DNA from: Azolla caroliniana
Taxonomy: Eukaryota; Plantae; Polypodiophyta
Assembly (NCBI GenBank): GCA_043228905.1
Contig: JBHGNT010000010.1
Location: 5,518,001-5,582,000 of the forward strand
Direction of reading: 5' to 3'
DNA length: 64,000 nt
How positions within the stretch are numbered: position 1 is the first letter of the stretch; each line of letters opens with the position of its first letter. The notes below the pieces were generated by a model. It did no database searches. It was not told the origin of the DNA and saw only the letters and a list, made by a program, of their open reading frames with translations. The translations under genes and the position numbers were made by a program. Positions 1-13,734 of this stretch are shown here, piece by piece.

Positions 1-235
1 GGTTGGGAAATCTAGAATGCCATATGTCTAGCTAAGAATGCCATGTTTCATGCACACAAAACTCATTGATGTGCATTACCACTTCATCAAGGAGATACTT
101 GAGGATGGCCTGATCTCATTGGTCAAGGTCAACACATCACAGAATCCTACAGATGCTCTCACTAAGTGCCTCCAAAAGACACAAAATCAGCATTGTATAC
201 AGATGATGGAAGTGTAGGCCCTTTATGTGGGAGGT
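1..235 (+). mobile_element. Decayed Ty1/copia RNase H C-terminus, inside an intron of the kinase gene
   Basis: Translates (with a frameshift) to AKNAMFHAH..IDVHYHFIKEILEDGLISLVKVNTSQNPTDALTK, the copia RNase H end motif; followed by a purine-rich GTGGGAG. Confidence 0.75.
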
Positions 236-566
236 GGTTGGGCGTGAAGGCCGCAAGGACTCTCCTCATGCAAAATTAACTTGCCTCCTAGTGGCTCTTC
301 TTTGGAGCTTTCTAGAGATATTTTGGTCACTTGCACAAGCATGCTACTTTGATCTTTTGAGCTTCAACCAACCTAGAATGTATACAGATAATGGAAGTGT
401 AGGCCCTTTAAGTGGGAGGTGGTTGGGCGTGAAGGCCGCAAGGACTCTCCTCATGCAAAATTAACTTGCCTCCTAGTGGCTCTTCTTTGGAGCTTTCTAG
501 AGATATTTTGGTCACTTGCACAAGCATGCTACTTTGATCTTTTGAGCTTCAACCAACCTAGAATGT
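194..566. repeat. Tandem duplication, 185-bp unit x2
   Basis: tgtatacagat..acctagaatg starts at 194 and again at 379; near identical. Explains the twin ORFs 225..464 and 419..652. Confidence 0.9.
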
Positions 567-1023
567 TTAACCTGGTCACACTGACCCACTTTAGTAAAAT
601 GATGTCCCAAAACCCTAGTCTTGAGGTTCAAACTTCTATGCGCTCTTTCTGACTCCCTCAATTGCCTGCACAAATATATTTCTCACATACACCTGGTTTG
701 TCTGGGCTCAACACCTCTTTTCTGAATTTACATCACCATATATAACTCTTTGCATTTATGGTTGGCAACATCTCACCTCTAAAAACTTTGTGTGTCTTGC
801 CATCACATGAAAACGCTTTGTGCCCATAGTTTCACTTTTTGATGGTAACATTCCATAGACAAAGTATAAAAAGAAAAATTAGTAGTTACTAGTGATTTCA
901 ACATCAGTGCATTATTTCAGGGTTCCCATTTGTGGGCTGTAGAATATTTTCGTATCATCAATCACCTTTATTTTTACTAGAATGTATTAAAACCCTGCTA
1001 AAATATCATGCTATTATGCATAC

Positions 1024-4000
1024 CTCCTGCAAAACAAGTCCAAAGGCAAAGACGTCTACTTTCCGACCATATTCTGCATGCAAATAAACCTCGGGTGCCA
1101 TGTAACGACCTACAAAACATTATCTTAACTGGTATCAATATAGGTTCAACTGAATTCAATGAAATTTTATCAGGAAAGTGGCAAAATGACTACCAATAAG
1201 CTTTAGTCAAGTAGCATTTTGTGCAACTGCAGACATATTTCTGACATATCTATATTCAGGTAGAACACACACTGTTATGTCCTTAGCAATTGAACAGACT
1301 ACTCCTATGTTCTTTCAGAAGAACTAGAAAATTTCCACAATGTTTTCATACTGAAAATGGACCACTGGATGTGGTTTCCATCTGTTGCAGCCAACTCATT
1401 TCACATGCATTTTGGTTCTTTTATCATAAGTAAAACATTTGCATGACATTACCCATCAAAGTGTGCAATGTAAAATTCAGGGCTAATTCGGTATGTGAAG
1501 TTGATCACTATTAATTAAGGCGAGGCATTCTAATATTTAAATGTCTAAACTTGCAGCCTGGTACCATATACATGCATTGACCACACTGTATAGTTTACAC
1601 CCCCCGGTATCTTTCAAATAACAGCAGAAAGGTAAATGCAAGAGATTTCCCAAACTCTAAAACACTACAAATAAAAAATGCATTGAAACCGGTTCTCTGC
1701 AAGTATAGAAGTGGCATTTCATGTACTATAGTAGCGAATGAGAAACAGAGTTTTGGATTGAAAAAGAAATGAAAGAGATCATATCATAATAAAATGACTA
1801 ATGGTGGATACTTACAAGAGCTGCCCTTCAGAGGGGGAATACCATCCTCAGAAATAGTTTGAGCTGCATACTTCAGCACTTTACTGAGTCCAAGATCTGC
1901 TACCTTTAAATGTCCTGACTCATCCAGCAAGATGTTTCTGATACAAATAATCACAAATACAGGCTTCTTGTTTCATGTTTATTTCTGATCCATCAAAGCT
2001 CAAGACGCATCTTAGAGTCTCTCCATCTCGGAAAATATAAATAAACAGCTGACTGGGAAATTTTAATTGGTTTTATGAATGCATTTCTGTTGCATGTCCG
2101 TGTATTTACGTTTCGTGTATATATGTGTTGTATTGTATGTATGCATGTATACCTGTATCATACAGGTATACATGCATACATACAGGCGGTATGTGTTTTA
2201 CATACAAATGCTTGACTACACTGGATATTGCATGTATGCAGGTCCATATGCATGTTCATGAATAATGCAAGGAGGATAACTTACTTGGGCTTCAGGTCCC
2301 CATGAACAATGACCTCTGGTTTATGTTCATGCATGTAATTTAAGCCTCTACAATTGGAAAAAAGCATGAAATATAACTTGTTAGAGGAATTAAAAATCCA
2401 GTAATAGAACTTGCATAGAGAATAATGAAAAAGACATAACTCTTATATGCAAGGACATCCATTTCTTTCACACAACCAAAAACTATCCTATTTACGTGTT
2501 TACAGCTCCATTACAATTCCATATAATGAATTGAGAGGCCTTGTGTACCCACACTAAGAAATCGAACCCACTCTACGATGATTAATTTATCAAGTCTGTA
2601 CAGACTCCATCCCACCTCTTTGCTAATGAATGTCAAACAATTCATTGCTTGATCACTTTGTTGGAAACCAGATATAGCTCCCATTTCTTGAATTTCCAAT
2701 TTTGGAATGAGTTTAAATGTATCCTTTTTATTACATTTGCCAACTCCCTGAACCCGAACAACTAGGATCTTACAGGCCCCAACCTGCACAGAAAAAGGCC
2801 CTGCATCCCTTAAAGATTGCTTCTTTGTCTCAACTCCCCCATTCTTACAAGAACGGGTTTTTTTCTTCATCATCAAAAGTTGATGCAAGTCTCTTCAATG
2901 TACAAAAAGAGCTATTCTGTCAATGTTTATAAACTATTCAATCCACACATAGATGTGTAGTGTAAGGCTTATCATAAGATAGTTTCACGTATAACTGGTG
3001 TAAGTCCATATATCAACAAGAATGGATAAGTATGATTTAAAGAAGAATAGATCCTCAAATATTTACATGAACTGTAATGGCAAGATAAGCCTTGTAGACA
3101 TATTCATAGGAAGACATGGTTTAAAGTAAATATGTGCTGCATGCATATAACCAGTGCAAGTTCAATTATTAACTAAATCACATATGTACTTGAAGTTGCA
3201 TATAACCCAACCACAAATCTCTTGGCTGGATAAGACACTCACAGGTCTTCAAAGCCAACCATGGGTAGAGCACACGCATGCTAAAAATAGTTACTAAAGA
3301 ACCTCTTAATATGCATATAACCTGTCAATTAACCCTAACCTTGACAACAAATTTCTTGGCAGGATAAGAAGCTCAAAATTCTTCAAAGTCAATCATGGTT
3401 AGAGCACATGCATGCTAAAAAGAGTATGATCTTTATTGAAAAATATGTTGACATATGAAAATGAAACAATGAAATGCTCAGACTCCCATACCTTGCAATA
3501 TCAAGAGCAAACTCTATTGCTTTCATAGGCTTTATTGAATGCTTCTTTTTCAAGAATTGATACAAGTCACCCTATTGGGTAGGAAACAGAAAGATAAGTG
3601 TAATTAAAAGAGAGCAATAAAGCAAACACTAAAAACCATGCACTAAGAATGGCTAGTTACCTGAGAAAGGTATTCAAAAATTATCATTACAGGAGTGCTT
3701 TGTGTTACAGCACCCAAAAACTGTACTATATTAGGATGTCGCAGCTTTTGTATGACACATAGTTCTGACCTGAATGCCATGCTGAAAGAAACAACCAAGG
3801 ATGTTGCACTTTAAACTGATAGGCAGAAACACCTTTGGTATATAAACCTTATGAAAACTTTCAAAAACAGAAGTGAAGATGAAAACAAAGCAAATCAAGA
3901 TTAATCAGAAAAATTTAGGACACAAGCAAAACAGAAACACAATTTCCACGAAATGTTGACATCCTGGCATTAATTCTTTTCATTAAAGATCCTATGTTGA

Positions 4001-7000
4001 GGAGGGTATATTGCAAATCAATTGCTGGCTTTTGTACAAATCCGAACAATTTAATATGAGAATACAATTTCAAAATCTTTCTGAATCATGCAGGTTCTCG
4101 GTTCAGAAATGACAGAAAATCATTTTGGTACCACAAGAAAGGATGAAACCTCACAATAAGTAGAACCCTGCTACAGCTCTATTGAAGTCATTGAGTTTGT
4201 TGCAAATATGTTTGGGATACCAGGCAATGTTGTATGTGGGACAAATAGAGTGAGAAAGAAGAAACCAGTTTACTATTGAGAAATACTTTTAAAGTGAAAT
4301 TCAAATGGCTTCACATTTTGTGATGACTCTAGGGAAAACAATAGAAGTATCCCTAAAATTTAATGTAGCCTCATCCCTAAATTTATCTGAACGAATGAAA
4401 CTCTTACTAATCAAACTTCTCATGGATTTAGGGGTGATTATTGAATAGCTTATAGATTAATAACTCTGAGGTTGGTTTAGTGTGATAAACAGACTACCAG
4501 AGATTTAATTCTCGCTGGGGTGGGTTCAGATTGTATGCACTAGAGACTCTTAAGTTATTGTATCAACGATAGTCAACATGAGGAAAAACAGTCAAGAAGT
4601 GATCCTAGATAATTAATTAAGATAATTAGCAGTGACTTACAGAGTCTTTTCACTGGGCACCACATTTGACTTTAGACATTTTACAAACACTTGTATGCCT
4701 CTCCATGTTGCTACTCGATATTGCTTCTATACACATCAGATTCAAAATTTTGATTAGGTCAAGTTTCTAACATCACCTAGTTATAGATTGAGCAGGTGTA
4801 ACAGAGCCAACCAGCAAAATCGTCTAGTTTTTCAATTTCAACAAAGTTATTAATTGATAAAATTCTTGTGAGCTTCAGCAAAAACATTCATTGTTAAAGA
4901 GCAATATGAGGCACATATACTGGCCCTAAAAAGCAAGTTCAAACATAACCATCAAATTTCTAGTTCAAAAACATAAAACCTCAGACCCAAGAGGGATAAA
5001 AATTTCCATCACATCCTGAAAATCACATGCATAGTTTTACCTTTGTTACAGTGATTTCTGAAAATATCAGTTCAGCAGGATTAATTTCATATTCTGGAAT
5101 CATGAGAGGATTTTGCATCCGCATGGAAACCTTTTCCTGATAATTCAAAAAGACAATTCCGTTCATAGAGGAGACATCAATCACCATCAAGACCTCACAA
5201 AGGATCTTACAAATTGACTCGTACATTTAGGATCCCTCCATGCTCTTCCAAAATATTACAGACGTTCTTATTTCCATAGTATGTTGCATCATTTAAGGGC
5301 TGTAAAATGGAAGCAAAAATTCATCAACATCTTCTTAAGAGTTTAGATCTTTTCTCAGAAACAGGAAATAGAAAAAAACAGGTTTCAATTGATATTTTCA
5401 GGTTAGCTTTAAACCCAACTCTTTTCAGCACTATAAACGTAGAAAACAATCTGAACTCTTCGTTTTCATTTTTGGCAGTCTGGAATCTGAATGTTATACT
5501 CATGAATTACATTTTCTTGCTGGTGCTACTTGTGAACGATTTGCTCACCCTATATGTGTTCATCAGCAGATAATGCTTTCCAATAAAACAGGCTCAAAAT
5601 TGATTTCATATTCCATGTCTAATCAAGTGAGGAAACAAAGAACTGACTATTCACTGGAGTTATAAACAAAGGGCCTAGAAAGACAGACTAAAAAAACCTC
5701 AATAGTGAAACATCTCGATAACTTTCTCCTCATGCTACTAGAATTGCCAAAGTCATTGCATAAAGCAGCCATAAATGGCTTTCCCCACTCAACAAGCAAC
5801 GCACACAAACCTGGTAGTCACACAAAAAAGTTGGTAGGATGAGGAATGTCATGATATAAGGTGATGCTTGCAACGTGAAGTAACTTCAGGAATTTGAACA
5901 CACAAACATGTAAGAGCAACCTTACAACACCTTGTGAGGGAAGAGGTCATATTTGACTAAATTTGAAGCACATGTGCACCACTTGTTCCTAGGATAAGAA
6001 AGTACAAGAGCATAGGAAAATTTCTAATGAGAGGCAACCTTCCATAGAGATGACCTCATCCACATGACCATGCAAACCTACTATATAATATCCCCAGGCA
6101 ACCTCCACTCCTTCACCCACATGGCTCATGCCTATGTTAAGCCACCTTTTAAATGTAAGATACATTTTTTATTGGTTACAACTTGGGAAGGCCCAAGATC
6201 ATGATGGATTGGTAGGTGAGCCACTCTATCTATGCCCATGACACATTGCTCCCCTATCTAGCACATATCTTTAATAGAGCTATGTACGAAGGTTTCCGTA
6301 CTATCTGGACAGTACATACCATTGCGCCAATCTTCAATGCGGAGTCCCCATGATTGGCCATTACTTGGCTTAGCTATATAGCTCAATCCCAGAGTCAGAA
6401 TTGAGAGCATGAGCAGAGATAAATGGTTGTCATTTAGCTGGGCAGGCAGGCTAGTTTTGGATCACATATTGACCTCTGTCCCCTTATTGAGGAGAGCAGA
6501 ACCAATAAAAAGAGGATTTATTGCTGCCTTGTGAATTTCTGAAAAGAGTTCAACATTGCACAACATGTTCAGCTCATGCAATGGCTAGAATCCCCTGAAG
6601 TTCATGTAGATATGCAATGGAGAATTGATGCAATATATGAATCTGTGTCAAGAAAAGTGTAATCTATAATGGGTTGTCACAGGTTGTGGCTAGCGCAATT
6701 AGAGTGAAACAAGGATACCCACTATCACCCACTCTCTTTGGTCTCTATTTAGATGAGGTATTGCATTACATAGAGAGATTTGGCAGTTCGGGAGCATAAC
6801 TAGCACTCTGCTGATCTCCAACTCTCAGAAGGGACTACAATGACAATCTAATCACCTTAAAATCATTTTGTACATAGAGACGTATCACATTACATAGAGA
6901 GATTTGGCAGTTCAGGAGCATGCTAGCATTTTGTTGATCTCCAACTCTCCTAAGGAACTGCAAAGACAATCTAAACACCTTAAAATTATTTTGTAAAGAC

Positions 7001-8527
7001 AAAGGTTTGTCGGTAAATCTAGATAAAACTAAAATGATTGTGTTTAACACCACTCCAGCATGGGTAATGAGGTCAGAACCAGATTTCTTCTTGGAACATG
7101 AAAAGGTGTCACACATGATTTTACACATGCCTAGGAGTAGCATTCACAAGGCCTTGGTTCTCCTTATGAGAGACCATTGGTTCTCTTTATGAGAGGCTTC
7201 CTATGCAACCCTATGTGCTCATGAAAGACAATGTGTACAAATACAGTTCCAAGGGCCATAAACTAAATTATGGCTATTCAACACATTCTCATACCAACTC
7301 TTCTCTGAGGAGTAAAAACCTCAGGATCGCGTCCACACGGAAAATAACTCGAAAGATTTGGAGAAGCCTTTAAACTCAATGATTACCTGCATGGTAAGGA
7401 GCAAAGCATTGGTGAAACATAATATGATTCAGGACTGAGGCATTACTCCAATTTGAAAGCTATCCAACGGCTTTGGGAGCTTCCTAGATGAAGGTCCTCA
7501 AGGTTGGCACTTATGTCATCTAAACAACTTCTTGATCACAGAGATAATCATTGTTGGTATGTTGAAATGCGACAATGGTTCGAGTTACATTGCATAAGCA
7601 TAAATGCACTACTCCGTTCCAATATAGCTTGGACTATCTCCATCTAAGCATGACCCACAACATCTCTTGTTAGGACCCACTATAAGGCACGCTTTCTACA
7701 CACATCGGAGGATGGATTCATTATGGGCCCTCTTATATGAATATATATCTATCCCATGCATTGCGCAATGTAATAGGGCAGCTGAGGACCTATTCACATC
7801 AATTAGAGATTCAGGTAACTAGATGTGCACGCACACCAGTAGAAGAAAGAATTAACCAATTGTGTCATCAGAGAGTGAAATTTGAAGAACACGATATTGG
7901 CCATGGTATTGTTTTTGATCAAATAAGACACAGATACCATTCTCCTTTTAACCAAGGCTTTGGCTCACGACACAAGGTAATTGAATATGAGAACCAATGG
8001 TCCTTGGGGTTGTTAAATGCTAGAGTGCAAGAGGCACATGAAGAAGTTAATCAAGGATAGCAATACAGCCACGCAAGCTCGTCAACACAATGACAACTTT
8101 CGTTAGCCCCATCACCCATACTCATGTTACGAGTCAATCAAGGGCTACAAAAGTGGGCTCCCAACCAGGACATTACAAAGGGGGTTACAACAAATCGGGC
8201 AATAGCATTATATCATGCATGTAGGTTCCAGCCTCCAAGACCACAATCTCAACCTCCTTGTCATCAACGGATAAAGGCCATTATCACCCGCCATCACAGG
8301 TGTTTGCCTCACTTCAGAGATCTCTCCATTCTGGATCGACCTATATTTGAGATCTTTCGAAGAGAAAAATTACCATCTAGGTTGAGAACTTTACATGTAT
8401 CGATAACAAGATTCTTTAGCCACGTTTAATTGTTATTTACTTTTTTACTTGGTTACATTTATTATAGTTTCTTGTTCTCAAAGATGAGACAACATTTTAA
8501 GATGTAATCTCTTGTTTGGTCTTATAG

Positions 8528-8591
<64 letters not shown>

Positions 8592-9204
8592 ACTCACTCA
8601 CCGTGCTTCCCCAGCGATCACGAGCATTCACATTCGCTCCTTTTTGGATGAGAAACGAGACTATGTCTGCCTTCCCTTCACATGCAGCAACATGCAAAGC
8701 TGTGCGGTCATCTAAATCTGAAAAATTCACATCCACACCATTCTCGAGCATCAATTTCATCTCTTCAAGCCCACCTTCATGAGCAAGATAGAGAAGATCC
8801 ATCTTCCACTCATCCGAAAATCTAAGCTTTTGTGGATTGCTACTGCCACCATTGCTTACACTGAAACTCCAACTATCACTTTCTGCTTCTAGTTTTTCTC
8901 CGTTCTGCTTTTGAAATCTCAGCTGATCGCCTCTGTCTTCCCTAATTAAATACGAATTCCTAAGCTCAAATTGATCATCCTCCGTTCCTTGGCTGTTAAG
9001 AGATGAATCTCCTAGATCTCTCTCATTCTCCTCCTTTTCTCCTCCAAAAGAAGAAAACGAGGCCCAGTTCTCTCGTCCCTCTTCCTCTCCTCGTCTAAAA
9101 GACGAGTCCTCCTTGCGCAGATTCTCACTGTCTATCTTGAGGGATGAGGCACGAAGCAATGGCTTCTGTCTCCTCTGCCGAAAGCCGGCATCGACGCCCG
9201 CCAT
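1024..9204 (-). CDS. Ankyrin-repeat protein kinase (integrin-linked-kinase-like / Raf-like), 3'-incomplete. Exons 9204-8602, 5299-5225, 5136-5041, 4726-4641, 3781-3661, 3571-3492, 2347-2285, 1937-1816, 1109-1024
   Basis: All introns GT..AG with consistent phases. Ankyrin repeats (DLDDRTALHVAACEG..DRWGSTPLNDA) then kinase motifs WRGIQVFVK, LRHPNIVQFLGAVTQ, ALDIARGLNYMHEHKPEVIVHGDLKPKNILL, HLKVADLGLS, RYMAPEVY, KVDVFAFG. Remaining exons not found in the window. Confidence 0.93.
2134..2184. repeat. Perfect 25-bp inverted repeat with 1-nt spacer (intron 7)
   Basis: tgtatgtatgcatgtatacctgtat-c-atacaggtatacatgcatacataca. Confidence 0.9.
3198..3420. repeat. Diverged tandem duplication in intron 6
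   Basis: gcatataacc..caaat(c/t)tcttggc..ggataaga..tcttcaaag..catgg..agagcaca..catgctaaaa occurs twice. Confidence 0.6.
5900..8480 (+). mobile_element. Decayed 5'-truncated LINE in intron 1, antisense to the kinase (boundaries approximate)
   Basis: Frameshifted RT motifs GKAQDHDGL, MIGHYLA, KKRIYCCLVNF, VKQGYPLSPTLFGLYLDE, VNLDKTKMIVFN; C-terminal LRTYSHQLEIQ..ER..LC..EEH..IRHRY. Internal 124-bp-period duplication at 6764 and 6888. Confidence 0.8.
8532..8584. repeat. (CT)n/(GA)n microsatellite at the start of intron 1
   Basis: Direct reading. Confidence 0.95.
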
Positions 9205-9223
9205 AGCCAATCCCAAACCCGAG

Positions 9224-9225
<2 letters not shown>

Positions 9226-9289
<64 letters not shown>

Positions 9290-9291
9290 TC
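9226..9291. repeat. (CT)n/(GA)n microsatellite in the presumed 5' UTR, about 20 nt upstream of the ATG
   Basis: Direct reading; ATG at 9204. Confidence 0.95.
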
Positions 9292-10369
9292 TTCCTTTCT
9301 TCTTCGTCTTCTGCTCTTCTTCAATTTCCGCGTTCTTCTGAGAATGGTTTTCAGAAATTACAAAAGTGCCCCCACCCCCCCTACTCCTATTATTATTCTT
9401 CTTCACAAAAAAAAGACTCAGGAAAAACTAGATCTCCAATTTCCTTATAATTACAGAACTTGCCGACCATTCTTCTGAGAGTTTTTTATTTTTTTATTTT
9501 TTTCTCGCTCTTTTTCGGACACACGAGTTTTTCCGTGGGTCAAACGTTGTCGATTCGGTGAACGCGTCCCTCTCCCACAATCGCCTCCCAACTGGGGAAC
9601 CACTTGCATATACAATGTAAATATACATTATGCATAATATATTATGTATATATATTTATATATATAATAAATGTGTCTGTTGTCTGTATCCGATTATGTG
9701 TACCACACATGTCATGAACGTGATGCCTCGGTTTCTCTCTCTTCCGAATTCTGTATGCTTCTGCGACCCCTTTTCGGTGGTTGTACCGGCTTCCTCACAC
9801 CGATTTTGCAGTAAGTATATAAACCATCCTCTGTTGTGCCCTCTCATTCCCACGCGGTCTATTCGATCTCTTTCACTACAAAACTAATTGTACTAGAGAA
9901 GGTAATGCTTGGTATAATCCATGTATATGTTTGAACTCTCTGGAACTTACGCGTAGACATGCTCGCATTCCCATGATAGCTATTCAATCTTTCCACTTCA
10001 GTAACTTATCACAAAGACAATGTTTGGCATACTCTCTCGACTTTTTGGAAGAAATGTATGGTTCGCCTTTCTAGAACCTATGCCTAAACATGCACCCTCA
10101 AAAAGTGAATCCCTTATCTTCATGCTTCAAAAAGTGGTTTCTCAATGTAGATCGATGGATCAATCCATGTTGTCCTCTTTTTTATACTCATGGTGGCTTC
10201 ACCATTGTTAGAGCATAAAGGTTGTGGGGTCAAAACGTGTCAGCTTTCAACACCTTCGGTACATGTATATGAATTTTCCTAAACTTCACACCACACTAGT
10301 GCATCGAGTTGACATCACAATATCCAAATGATTGACACATCCATTGGCTCACTTGATACAATATATTAG

Positions 10370-10405
<36 letters not shown>

Positions 10406-11960
10406 CGATAATTGTTTACATTAATGCTAAAAATAGTACTATAACCATCATGGCATGTGTATGCTGATGTAAAATTCAAAATAAAGATTTTAGAACCTCG
10501 TACCAAATATATTAAACCTCTCTTATTCCTTAGGTCCGTCACTTATAACTACTACTACTATTTAATCATTAGTATTACTGTTGCAGATGCTATTGCTATG
10601 AGACATGGTTTGATGCAAAAAACTTTGGTACCTTTGAATCCGGAAATAGAGACAGATAAAACTTGAAATATGGCAAATTGTAAGTACATAGTATGAGAAT
10701 TTGGTATATTTGGAAGCCTCGATGTTTGAAGGTGTTTCAAAATGTGGCTAAAAGACCTGCCCAAATCATTTTGGGGATTTTGTTAGAGATTGTGCATAAT
10801 CTCAAAGGTCCTTTGGATAATATAAAAGGTAAAATGCATCAGGCAGAGCTCAAACTATTGGAGTTTCATGCCATTTGGGATAAAAGCATATTTTATAGAT
10901 GGATTTCTCATAAGGTATAGTGGTTATACTTTACACCAAAGTATTTATTTAAGCCGACAATTAGAATTTAGAAACGAGGCTCATTATTTAAAGGTACATC
11001 TTTTATGTATGTATAACCTTAGGGCGTTTCTTGATACTAATGTAGTACCTTTTTTGGGGAAAAAAAACAATATTACATATTTACATCATTTACTAACACT
11101 ACACATTAACATTTTGCATTATTGAATTTCCTACTTTAAGATTGGTGTTACATATATGCAAGGGCTAGCTACATGTAAAAGTAGCTAGCCCTAACCAAAG
11201 AATGCTATTGATATACATAATTTATGCTCCTTTTTTCTTACAAACAATGGTTTATGATATACATGTCATATCCCTAGCCAAGATGCATGTTGGTGTGCCC
11301 TAAGTATAGTGATATGGAATGCCCATATGCATGTATTGGGATTAGATTTATTACCTAGTTACTTCATTTTAAACACATGATTCTTGTGCTATTGATCATA
11401 TTTCGGTGTTATCACCACATGTGTTAAGCATCTATCATATTTTGTATCGTAAACATTCGTATTCTTCTTTTATTCAAAACAACTTCATTAGATGCAAAAT
11501 AGGGTGTTGTTTAGGAACATAGTATTGGGAAGCAAATATTTGTAAATGTATGTGTATGGTGATAAGAATATAAGCCCATAAAGTTAGATCCTCCTTAAAT
11601 TCAATGCTAAAATAAAAGGCATTATTCCCTTTTATTCTTAAAGATGATTGATATGACTTTATTTAAATGTTAATGTTTGTTCAAAGTATCGCATATAATA
11701 TTGCAACATGCAATAATATTCTTCTTAGTGTGAAGCTGAAGCATGCAATTTACTCTGATCGGATTTCTAGTATTCTTGTTCAAGCATGCAATCTGATTAT
11801 ATTAATTAGTAAATACAATGGGTAGGGTATTACCTATATCACCACGTAAGAGCGGGGTATGTTTGGTATTTCCCTATATATTCTATTGAAAAATTGACCG
11901 TCGTTGTAGGGCCTTATTTAGTAACCATGTTAATCCATGATGTGTGCCACAGAGGGCCTT

Positions 11961-13165
11961 ACTAAAGCATCGAGGAAAATCATATCACTTTTATAAAATT
12001 TTAATAAATAAGTATAAAATTCACTTTGTGACTCTTCTCATCATCTCCTTCACCGTCCATAACATATCTTAGTTGTCTTCTATAACATCTCAATCCCATT
12101 CAACTCACTGGTGATTTATGGCAAGGAAGAGTCTTGTCAAGAAGGGAGAAAAGAATTAGTAAATGAATATGATGTCATTTGTCTATATTTGAAACAACAA
12201 AATTGGATCTATCCAATAAAAGTAATAGCATACCTAGTCATCTCCATAACAATGCTTCATAATTAGACAATTCAATGTTTTTAACATGATTATTTCGCTA
12301 ATCTAAAGGGGTTCTCTTAATCCCATTCACTAAAGCATCAAGGAAGAACAAATGACTTTTATAACATTTTAATATATAAGTATAAAATTCATATTGTGAC
12401 TCTTCTCATCATCTCCTTCGCGGTCCATAACATATCTTCGTTGTGTTCTATAACATCTCAATCCCATTCAACTAACTTGTGATTTATGGCAAGGAAGAGT
12501 CTTGTCAAGAAGGGAGAAAAGAATTAGTAAACGAATATGATGCCATTTGTCTATATTTGAAACAACAAATTTGGATCTATCCAATAAAAGATAGAAAATT
12601 CGAAGGAGCTACAAAGTTTGCTAAATAATAACATACCTACTCATCTTCATAACTAAATGATCCAATGTTTTTGTTAGTAATTAGGTAATTAACTAGGGTT
12701 AATTAGGGCCTAATTATGTGAGTATTGATAAAGCAACGGAAGATTATGTGATTTGTGTGTGAGAGAAAGAGAGACTTATAAACAATAATATAAATGGGGG
12801 AGGATTAACAAGAGTGTAGCTAAAGACCTTTCTCTATATTAATAAGTATCAAAATACAACGATATCTTCAATGAGGCATATATACACCTCATGTGCAAGG
12901 GTGCACATGTGTGAGGAGAATATAGGTACAAATGTATAAGTCCTATATTAATAAACTTGGTATTGGAGGATCTAAAATGTATCCCCACATGCATACAAGT
13001 ACAAGATCCTATTTAAAGTTTTAAAGGTCGACGCACTAACTAGATTCTATCTAGGTAACTACTAGGTTACATGGTTAACTAAATGCTTAAACTAAGTTGA
13101 GCTTGATATCTCAACAGTTTTTAACATGATTATTTAGCTAATCTAAAGGGGTTCTCTTAATCCCA
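11961..13165. repeat. Tandem duplication (about 367-bp unit); second copy interrupted by a solo LTR
   Basis: actaaagcatc..ggggttctcttaatccca at 11961-12327 and again from about 12328. Confidence 0.85.
12672..13116. mobile_element. Solo LTR (445 bp)
   Basis: TGTT..AACA termini, 5-bp TSD GTTTT on both sides; the empty site caatgtttttaacatg is visible in the first duplicate copy. Confidence 0.88.
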
Positions 13166-13734
13166 CTTATTCCCACAAGGAAGCCAAATTTGACCTATGG
13201 GACCAAATCAACATATCATGACTTCTTTCTAAGACGGGGGTTTAGTACTTTGTAATAAAAAATCTCCATGTGAAAACAATGCATGCACATATGTACTCAT
13301 TGCTATCGGTGGACATTTGAGTATGACGCTTACATTATCATGTAAGTCTAACAAGTCGTCATATTTTTCATGAATTACCTTGTACATTATAGCAAAATAC
13401 ACATGCAGTGGAACCACCAAGGACTTTTAACAGGGGAGGATGGGGTGGAGTTGAGTTATCGCCTTCGGTCCTCAAATTTTCTTTTTACTTCTATTGTATA
13501 CTTGTGTTCATGTTCATGTGAGTGAGTGAGTGTGTGTGTGTGTGCAAGACTATAGGAATGCTTTAGAATATAAGTATTTATTTTTTGTGTGCGTAAGTGT
13601 GCTTTGATGTTTGAGTGTGAAGGGATGAGTTAAGTGTGTGTAAATGTATGACTCTTAAATGTTAATAGTCTCTTGTGTTTATATATATAAAAGAATGTGT
13701 TGGTTTTGTGAATATTAATTAACAAGGGGGTATA

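Noticed and set aside
567-1023. Next kinase exon (MIEG..PF type)
   Set aside because: No acceptor plus matching frame found; the exon probably lies beyond the left edge.
2511-2932. Intron 6 ORFs as a nested gene
   Set aside because: No recognisable domain; possibly an old LINE 3' relic, but not supportable by eye.
9205-9478. ER/LS-repeat ORF extensions (N-terminus of 8497..9324; 9113..9478; 9125..9406)
   Set aside because: Translation of (GA)n microsatellites; the plausible start is the ATG at 9204 and exon 1 ends at the GT donor at 8601.
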